A DNA stretch of 64,000 nt from an uncultured Gemmatimonadaceae bacterium (GTDB taxonomy: Bacteria; Gemmatimonadota; Gemmatimonadetes; Gemmatimonadales; GWC2-71-9): contig CAZTIV010000001.1 in NCBI GenBank assembly GCA_964613905.1, positions 43,923 to 107,922 of the forward strand, in the 5' to 3' direction. Under the pieces are notes generated by a model. It ran no database searches and was not told where the DNA came from. It was given only the letters and a program-made list of their open reading frames with translations. Made by a program: the position numbers and the translations under genes. Positions 58,346-64,000 of the stretch are shown one piece after another. Every line of letters begins with the position of its first letter. The stretch's first letter is position 1.

Positions 58346-58921
58346 TCACTGCGGTGCCGATGACCACACCCGTACCTGTACCCGGGCGGGGCGCAGCAAC
58401 TGGCCGGCAAAACGGTACCCCGTCTGGAACACCGCCGCCACGGTCTGATCCTGATCCTCGCTCTCCGCCAGAACCGTTGCGACTGCCTCGTGCATCGACG
58501 GATCGAACGCCTCGCCCACGCGGCCCAACCGCTCGAGCCCCATGGTCTCCAACTCACGGCCGATCTTCCGCTCGACCAGCGCCACTCCGGCTACGACATC
58601 GGCTGCTGAGGTCTGCTCCGGATCAAGGCCGGCAAATCGATTCAGATCATCGATCGCATCCAGCAGGACGGTCACGACCTCGGCGCGGCCGCCGGTCCTG
58701 TACTCCCCCCGCTCACGGGCTACGCGCTTCCGGTAGTTGTCGAACTCGGCCGCAAGCCTCAGGTGCTGGTCCCTGACCTTCTCCACCTCTTCGGTCAGGC
58801 GCCGAACCTCTTCTTCCGGCAAAGTGGCCGGCGTAGCCGCACCACCCGGAACCGAAGCCTCAACCGGCTCCTGATCCGCCGCTTCCCCGAGTGCCTGATT
58901 TTCCAGTTTCCGTTTGCCCAT
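58346..58921 (-). CDS. grpE: Nucleotide exchange factor GrpE
   Basis: RLAAEFDNYRKR motif and a C-terminal beta domain (FDPSMHEAV...GYRFAGQLLRPARV). Confidence 0.9.
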   Translation of the reverse strand: MGKRKLENQALGEAADQEPVEASVPGGAATPATLPEEEVRRLTEEVEKVRDQHLRLAAEFDNYRKRVARERGEYRTGGRAEVVTVLLDAIDDLNRFAGLDPEQTSAADVVAGVALVERKIGRELETMGLERLGRVGEAFDPSMHEAVATVLAESEDQDQTVAAVFQTGYRFAGQLLRPARVQVRVWSSAPQ

Positions 58922-59010
58922 CTGTCTCCCGCTCTCAGTACGTCACAAAGCCGCCACCGGATTCTCGCAGGGTATGCCACTACGGGCAACCCTCATGCCC
59001 CAGACTGCTG

Positions 59011-60252
59011 TCACAATGACATGAATCTGCGAACGAGGTCCAGAGCGGCCTGCGCGGCGCGGTGTCGGATTTCCGTCCGATCTCCCGGCAGCCTCAGCGT
59101 CTTGTGTCGCTCGTCGTGGGCGGCATTCACGGCCAGGTGGAGTGTCCCGACGGGCTTGTCTGCAGTTCCGCCCTCCGGCCCGGCTATGCCGGTAACGGCA
59201 AGGCCCACGTCAGAGGACAGTCGCTCCCTTACTCCACGAGCGAGCGCCAAAGCCGCGGGTTCGCTCACCGCCCCGTGGCTCCGGATAATCGTTTCGGGAA
59301 CACCCAGCTGCCGGATCTTGACCTCGTTGGCATAGGCGATCACACCACCGGCAAACACAGATGAGGCCCCAGGTATTGACGTGATCCGGGCACCCACGAG
59401 ACCTCCGGTACAGGATTCGGCTACAGCGAGCGTCTTGCCGGCGGCGGCAAGCCCCCGGACGATAACCTCCGCCAGGCTGGTAGCACCTTCTTCATAGCAA
59501 TCCGGGCCCACTGCGTGGCGGATGACTGCGACCGCATGGTCGAGCACGACCATGCCCGCGGCATCGCCGTCCCAGACGGTAAGTCTCAGGTCGACACCAT
59601 CGAACGACGGGAGATAGGCGAGCTCAGCCGGGGCAAGACTCTCCTCGAGCGGTCCCAGCATGTCCGCCAGGGCCGACTCGGCGATCCCGGTGGTTCTGAC
59701 GGTTCGGGTTATCAGTGCGGGACGGTCTCCCCAGCGCTCCCGCAGGCGGGGTATAACCTGCTCGTACAACACCCCCGACAGTTCGTGAGGAGGCCCAGGC
59801 AGGAGGATCGTGACTCCCCTGTCTCCTTCGAGCCAGAGGCCAGGAGCGGTTCCCTGCGGGTTGGGGAGCACGGTGGCTCCCACCGGCACTTCGGCCTGCG
59901 TGCGATTCGCCTCGGGCATGGCGCCTGGCCGACCCAGAGATTTCCAGCGCTCTTCGAGCCGCCGGAGCAGGACTTGATCGACCTCGACCCGGACACCATA
60001 AACCCGAGCTGCTGCCCCTTTCGTCACGTCGTCACGCGTTGGTCCGAGCCCTCCCGAAACAACCGCGAATCCGGTTCTGGAGAGGGATTCCCGAATCGCC
60101 CCGGACACCGCATCGGCGGCATCCGCCACCGTGACGTGCCTGAGCACACGCACGCCTACCGGTGCCAGCGCGCGAGCTATTTCAGCGGTGTTGGTATCCA
60201 GGATGTGTCCGAGAAGAAGCTCGGTGCCTACGGTAATGACCTCAGCGTCCAT
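59011..60252 (-). CDS. cinA: CinA family protein (MoCF-biosynthesis-like domain plus nicotinamide-nucleotide amidase domain)
   Basis: MDAEVITVGTELLLGHILDTN is a typical CinA N-terminus. The C-terminal PncC-type domain carries ESCTGG. Confidence 0.88.
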   Translation of the reverse strand: MDAEVITVGTELLLGHILDTNTAEIARALAPVGVRVLRHVTVADAADAVSGAIRESLSRTGFAVVSGGLGPTRDDVTKGAAARVYGVRVEVDQVLLRRLEERWKSLGRPGAMPEANRTQAEVPVGATVLPNPQGTAPGLWLEGDRGVTILLPGPPHELSGVLYEQVIPRLRERWGDRPALITRTVRTTGIAESALADMLGPLEESLAPAELAYLPSFDGVDLRLTVWDGDAAGMVVLDHAVAVIRHAVGPDCYEEGATSLAEVIVRGLAAAGKTLAVAESCTGGLVGARITSIPGASSVFAGGVIAYANEVKIRQLGVPETIIRSHGAVSEPAALALARGVRERLSSDVGLAVTGIAGPEGGTADKPVGTLHLAVNAAHDERHKTLRLPGDRTEIRHRAAQAALDLVRRFMSL

Positions 60253-60904
60253 CGCCCGAAGCCGGTGCCGCAAAGAGACGCCGGTACCGGTATATGTATA
60301 CGCCCATTGAGTACATGGTGAGGAGCACGGCGACGGCGAGCGTCAATGCTACCAGCCAACCATGGAAACGCTGCCAGAGCGCGCCGAGCCATCCTGCCTC
60401 CCATCCAAACTCCGCCGCCATGTCCCGCCAGGCAAACCATGCAATGGTGGCGCCGATGAAGATGTCCTGCACAATGGTCTTGAGCTTGCCCGCCCCGGCG
60501 GCGGCAATCACCACTCCACGGCGCTTCGCGATCTGCCGGAAAACCGTCATCAGCAATTCCCGGCCGATGAGCAGGAGACACACCCAGAGCGGAATGCTTC
60601 CCCACCAGGGGATCTCGTACTGTTGCATCCGAAAGTTGGTGATCCAGTAGATGGGCACCAGCGTGGCGAAGAGCAGCAGCTTGTCGGCCAGCGGATCGAG
60701 CAATTTACCCAAGTCGGTAATCTCGTTGCGCTGGCGCGCCAGGCGACCGTCATAGATATCGCTGATGGCGGCAACCAGGAAGACCACGAATGCGATGAGT
60801 TTGGGCAGGTACCCCCGGATGAACGGCAGGAGGGCGATGACCGGGGTCAGCGCGATTCTCGCGATCGTAAGGACGTTGGGCAGCGTCCAGACGGTCGCAG
60901 TCAT
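60242..60904 (-). CDS. pgsA: CDP-diacylglycerol--glycerol-3-phosphate 3-phosphatidyltransferase
   Basis: CDP-alcohol phosphatidyltransferase motif DIYDGRLAR...G..LDPLADK and the N-terminus LPNVLTIARI. Confidence 0.88.
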   Translation of the reverse strand: MTATVWTLPNVLTIARIALTPVIALLPFIRGYLPKLIAFVVFLVAAISDIYDGRLARQRNEITDLGKLLDPLADKLLLFATLVPIYWITNFRMQQYEIPWWGSIPLWVCLLLIGRELLMTVFRQIAKRRGVVIAAAGAGKLKTIVQDIFIGATIAWFAWRDMAAEFGWEAGWLGALWQRFHGWLVALTLAVAVLLTMYSMGVYIYRYRRLFAAPASGDGR

Positions 60905-60905
60905 T

Positions 60906-61580
60906 TCAGCTCAGGGTCTTCAGCACCATCTTGGCCACCGCCTTGAGGGTGTCGAAGACGCCTTCTCCGCTTACCGCAACCGACTCGAAGTACGGCGCGC
61001 GCTCCACCCACGTATCATCCACCCTCCAGATGAGGAAATCTCCCGGGTGGTGCGGATCCGGCGTTTCCTTCTGCCTGGCGGCATCTTCCACAGGCCAACC
61101 GGGGTTGAGCTGGGCCTGGAGGTCCTTGATGGGCGACGCGTTGGGCAGGTCCCGTTTGTTGTACTGAACCACGAACGGGATCCTGGTCAGATCGTAGCCA
61201 TACTGCGCCATATTGTCGTACAGGTTCTGCATCGACTCGATATTCGCTTCCATCCGCTCGATCTGGCTGTCGGCCACGAATACGACGCCGTCCACACCCT
61301 TGAGGATCAGCTTCCGGGAGGCGTTGTAGTACACCTGTCCCGGCACGGTGTACAGATGAAAGCGTGTCTTGAAGCCCTTCACGGTACCCAGGTCCACAGG
61401 GAGGAAATCGAAGAACAGGGTGCGTTCCGTTTCCGTGGCCAGCGATACCATCTTGCCCCGGGTGTCGGGCGACACCTTGCCGTAGATATGCTCGAGGTTG
61501 GTGGTCTTTCCGCCCAGACCCGGGCCGTAGTAGACCAACTTGCAGTTGATCTCCCGGGAGGCGTAATTAATCATGGACAT
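60906..61580 (-). CDS. mglA: MglA-type Ras-like small GTPase (with a ~30-aa insertion)
   Basis: [75 protein letters not shown] and [11 protein letters not shown] are near-identical to Myxococcus MglA as I recall it. Length is 224 aa versus ~195 aa. Confidence 0.9.
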   Translation of the reverse strand: MSMINYASREINCKLVYYGPGLGGKTTNLEHIYGKVSPDTRGKMVSLATETERTLFFDFLPVDLGTVKGFKTRFHLYTVPGQVYYNASRKLILKGVDGVVFVADSQIERMEANIESMQNLYDNMAQYGYDLTRIPFVVQYNKRDLPNASPIKDLQAQLNPGWPVEDAARQKETPDPHHPGDFLIWRVDDTWVERAPYFESVAVSGEGVFDTLKAVAKMVLKTLS

Positions 61581-61586
61581 CTGGAT

Positions 61587-62072
61587 TTACTCGCCGAATA
61601 GCTTGTCGATCTCGTCATCGGCGCCCTCGAGCACCGCAGGCCGCTGCGCGTCCGTACCCATACGACCGAACATCTCGTCGAACAGCTTTCCCAGATCCGA
61701 GACCGTCTGTTTTACCCGCAGACGGACGAGCCCCACGGTCGTCCGCTGATCGAACAGCACCACCAGTATCACGCGCCGCGCCACGTCGGCGAGGTACATC
61801 GACTCCTTCTCGCCCTGATGGAACAGCGAAGCGAACTCCGGTTCGCCGATCATCTTGGCAAGCTGGTCGTTGGCGCTGAAGTCCGCCGCGGTAAGCGACG
61901 CAAACGCGGTGGAATCGAACTGCAACTGCTCACCGGAACTGGCCAGCAATTGCCCGGCCCGGTCCACCAGAAGCGCGCACCGGGCGTTCGACTCCTTCAG
62001 TAGCGTGGAGAGATGCTCCGTGATCTGCTGGTAATCGCTCTCTCCGAGCGACCAGGTACCTGCACCGGTCAT
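61587..62072 (-). CDS. mglB: MglB, Roadblock/LC7 domain GTPase-activating protein
   Basis: 161 aa. ...NARCALLVDRAGQLLASSGE... is the Roadblock/LC7 pattern. It ends 6 nt upstream of mglA, the canonical mglBA order. Confidence 0.8.
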   Translation of the reverse strand: MTGAGTWSLGESDYQQITEHLSTLLKESNARCALLVDRAGQLLASSGEQLQFDSTAFASLTAADFSANDQLAKMIGEPEFASLFHQGEKESMYLADVARRVILVVLFDQRTTVGLVRLRVKQTVSDLGKLFDEMFGRMGTDAQRPAVLEGADDEIDKLFGE

Positions 62073-62085
62073 CGGCCCTCTCGCA

Positions 62086-62355
62086 TCACCCGAGTTTCGC
62101 TTCCATGCGCCGGACAATGGCCTCCGCCCGGCGCCGTAACATAGGCTGCTGCTCCCACGCGACGTAATCCCTGAGCAATCGTACCGTCTCCACGCTGGGG
62201 CGGGCGCTCAGGTACCCAAGGGCGGACAACCGCTTGAGGGGCCTGCTGCTGAACAGAGCCCGGCGGTACCGGTTGATGGAATGCTGAGCCAGCATCCCCC
62301 CCACCACCACACCGGCAACGAGCGCCACCAGCAGCGCCCGGGTCCGCGCACGCAT
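62086..62355 (-). CDS. Hypothetical 89-aa N-terminally membrane-anchored protein
   Basis: MRARTRALLVALVAGVVVGGMLA is a TM anchor followed by a helical, Arg-rich tail. The ATG overlaps the recR stop by 1 nt, and the ORF ends 13 nt before mglB. Confidence 0.5.
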   Translation of the reverse strand: MRARTRALLVALVAGVVVGGMLAQHSINRYRRALFSSRPLKRLSALGYLSARPSVETVRLLRDYVAWEQQPMLRRRAEAIVRRMEAKLG

Positions 62356-62951
62356 CAGTCGTTCATCTCCCTGCGGGCTGCCAGGGCGCGCCCGATTGTG
62401 ACTCCATCCGCGTACTCCAGATCACCACCCACCGGCAGCCCCAGCGCTATCCGTGTGAGCCTGACACCGGAGCCACCGAGCGCCTCGCGAAGATAAGTGG
62501 CCGTAACTTCGCCTTCCAGCGACGGATTCGTGGCTATGATGATCTCGCGCACAACGCTCCCGTTGGCCAGCCGTTGCCGCAATGCCTCGATTCTGAGGTC
62601 GTCGGGGCCTATACCGTCGAGTGGCGACAGCCGCCCGCCCAACACATGGTAGAGACCGCGATACTCGCCTGAGCGCTCGATCGCTGCGATGTCGGACGCC
62701 TCCTCAACCACGCAAACCACCCCGCCATCGCGCCGGGGGTCCGTACAGAGCGGGCAGGTATCGGCATCGCTCAGGTTCCCGCAAACCGTACACGGCCGGA
62801 CGCTGTCCGCCACTGATTCCAACGCACGGGCCAACTGACGCGCTACCTGAGCCGGCTGCTTCAGCAGGAAGTACACGAGCCTGGTCGCGGTCTTCCTGCC
62901 AATGCCGGGAAGCTTTGCGAGCTCGGTGACAAGCTCGTCGATGGCCGGCAC
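62355..62951 (-). CDS. recR: Recombination protein RecR
   Basis: HhH motif LPGIGRKTATRL, C4 zinc finger (CTVCGNLSDADTCPLC), Toprim domain. GTG start at 62951, 4 nt after the ybaB stop. Confidence 0.9.
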   Translation of the reverse strand: MPAIDELVTELAKLPGIGRKTATRLVYFLLKQPAQVARQLARALESVADSVRPCTVCGNLSDADTCPLCTDPRRDGGVVCVVEEASDIAAIERSGEYRGLYHVLGGRLSPLDGIGPDDLRIEALRQRLANGSVVREIIIATNPSLEGEVTATYLREALGGSGVRLTRIALGLPVGGDLEYADGVTIGRALAARREMND

Positions 62952-62955
62952 CGGG

Positions 62956-63273
62956 TTACAACGGGAGCTGGAACGGAAGCGGCAGCCCGCCGGTGGCCTT
63001 GCGAAGCTCCTCGCGGTACAACTCCTCGGCCTTGCGCTGCGCATCCGCCACCGCAGCCAGCACGAGATCCTCGAGCATCTCCACGTCCGCCTGCCCGGCG
63101 GCCTCCGGGTCGATCCGCACTGCGCGTACCATGCCCCGGCCGTCGACGGTCACCTGGACCATACCGCCCCCAGCCGAGCCCTGTACGCTGCGCTGAGCGA
63201 GCTCGGTCTGCATCTGGGTCAGACGCCCCTGAACCTGCTGGCCAAGTTGAAGCAACTGCGAGAAATCCGGCAT
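62956..63273 (-). CDS. ybaB: YbaB/EbfC family nucleoid-associated protein
   Basis: 105 aa from ATG 63273: MPDFSQLLQLGQQVQGRLTQMQTELAQRSVQGSAGGGMVQVTVDG...; conserved dnaX-ybaB-recR order. Confidence 0.88.
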   Translation of the reverse strand: MPDFSQLLQLGQQVQGRLTQMQTELAQRSVQGSAGGGMVQVTVDGRGMVRAVRIDPEAAGQADVEMLEDLVLAAVADAQRKAEELYREELRKATGGLPLPFQLPL

Positions 63274-63310
63274 GTGACTCAAGCTAAGGTCGGCAGGGAG
63301 AGCCCGCAAG

Positions 63311-64000
63311 CTATTCGATGAGTTCAAGATCCATGCTCTCCGCGGCGGCGTCCAGGGCCTTGTCTCGGGCTCGGTAGGCCTTGAGCCGGGTCTCCCGGTC
63401 ACGGTTCTGGTCCAGCCGCTCCGGAGCGGGTTTGGCACCACCTTCGGGGCGTTCTTCCAGCACCACGCGGAGTGACCTCCCCAGCACCTCGGTGATGGCC
63501 GTTTCCAGTACCTGGCGCCCCCGATCGAGACCCTCCCAATAGACATCTGCCCCGGTGACCCTGATCGTCAGCACATCGTCGGACAGTCCGACTGGTTCCG
63601 CGTGCGCCATGGCCTCCTTCAGCATGCGCCTGCGGCGGCCTACCGCCTCCACCACACCGGACCACTGGTTCCGTACCTCCGCCACCTCCGGCGGACCGGG
63701 GGGGGCGGTCAGCTCCGGCACGGTGGAAGCCGCGGGCGCGGCTGCCCGGGGGACGTTGGGCCGGGATCCTCCTCCCAGAGCATCCATCAGTTCCGAGAGA
63801 GCAACCGTTCGGTCCAGAAGCGCGCACTGAACCAGGAACGTCTCGACGTGCAGACGGGCGTTCGGGCTGCGGCGTACGGCCCCCTCAACCTCCTGGTACA
63901 GCTTCAGCATCCGCAACAGATCGCCCGGCTTGAGGGATGCCGCCCCTCGGGTGACGGCTTGGCGCATGGCCTCCGTAAGGTCGTCCGGCCTGCCGCCCAG
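63311..64000 (-). CDS. dnaX: DNA polymerase III subunit gamma/tau, C-terminal part (5' end outside window)
   Basis: The frame is open to the window edge. The domain III-like segment is LLRMLKLYQEVEGAVRRSPNARLHVETFLVQCALL. Position upstream of ybaB-recR supports the call. Confidence 0.7.
   Translation of the reverse strand: MGGRPDDLTEAMRQAVTRGAASLKPGDLLRMLKLYQEVEGAVRRSPNARLHVETFLVQCALLDRTVALSELMDALGGGSRPNVPRAAAPAASTVPELTAPPGPPEVAEVRNQWSGVVEAVGRRRRMLKEAMAHAEPVGLSDDVLTIRVTGADVYWEGLDRGRQVLETAITEVLGRSLRVVLEERPEGGAKPAPERLDQNRDRETRLKAYRARDKALDAAAESMDLELIE

Noticed and set aside
58922-59010. Sigma-70-like promoter TTGCCC-N17-GAGAAT upstream of grpE (minus strand)
   Set aside because: The match is weak. 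With a Bacteroidetes-type sigma-A the E. coli consensus may not apply, so it is not reported as a feature.

Overview
GC-rich (by eye about two-thirds G+C; not computed) bacterial chromosomal segment. It is densely coding, with about 58 protein genes and one partial gene at each edge. I recognised no rRNA, tRNA, CRISPR array, transposase, integrase or prophage. The gene content suggests an FCB-group organism such as Gemmatimonadota: a Bacteroidetes-type ~285-aa primary sigma factor without region 1.1, a diderm envelope set (Lnt, TolC, OM beta-barrels), many MacB-type permeases, BshB1, and a TolB-propeller amidohydrolase. That placement is inference only. Layout: (i) 1-2979, a Big_2/RCC1 surface protein and an OM barrel. 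(ii) 3028-13419, an eight-gene minus-strand array rimO-hemL-spoIID-OMP-oxidoreductase-lnt-hyuA-hyuB with ATGA/GTGA start-stop overlaps. (iii) 13528-19977, sigma-A, aldehyde dehydrogenase, an orphan sigma-54 response regulator, thpR, a larE-like gene and a CBS protein. (iv) 20083-31735, comM, dut, an ABC exporter coupled to a hybrid kinase, DUF481, M28 peptidase, msrPQ. (v) 31779-36982, an aminotransferase coupled to a ~1340-aa NtrY-like kinase. (vi) 38540-47737, TolC-MacA-ATPase plus four MacB-type permeases in an A-B-A2-B2 pattern, then bshB1. (vii) 47874-57275, S8 peptidase, cysteine desulfurase-mnmA, a 1076-aa propeller-amidohydrolase, pdxH. (viii) 57265-64000, dnaJ-grpE and a cinA-pgsA-mglA-mglB-ORF89-recR-ybaB-dnaX operon. 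Most of this is ordinary core genome, and I found no self-contained, clearly novel system such as a defence-island-like cluster. The best leads are: the MglA/MglB GTPase module with a ~30-aa MglA insertion and an adjacent 89-aa membrane ORF, wired into a dnaX-ybaB-recR...pgsA operon; the duplicated-heterodimer MacB permease cluster sharing one ATPase; and the giant multi-domain NtrY-like kinase coupled to aminotransferase-msrPQ. Start codons were chosen from family N-termini, RBS-like motifs and overlap patterns, so they may be off by some codons. All family assignments rest on motif recognition, not database searches.
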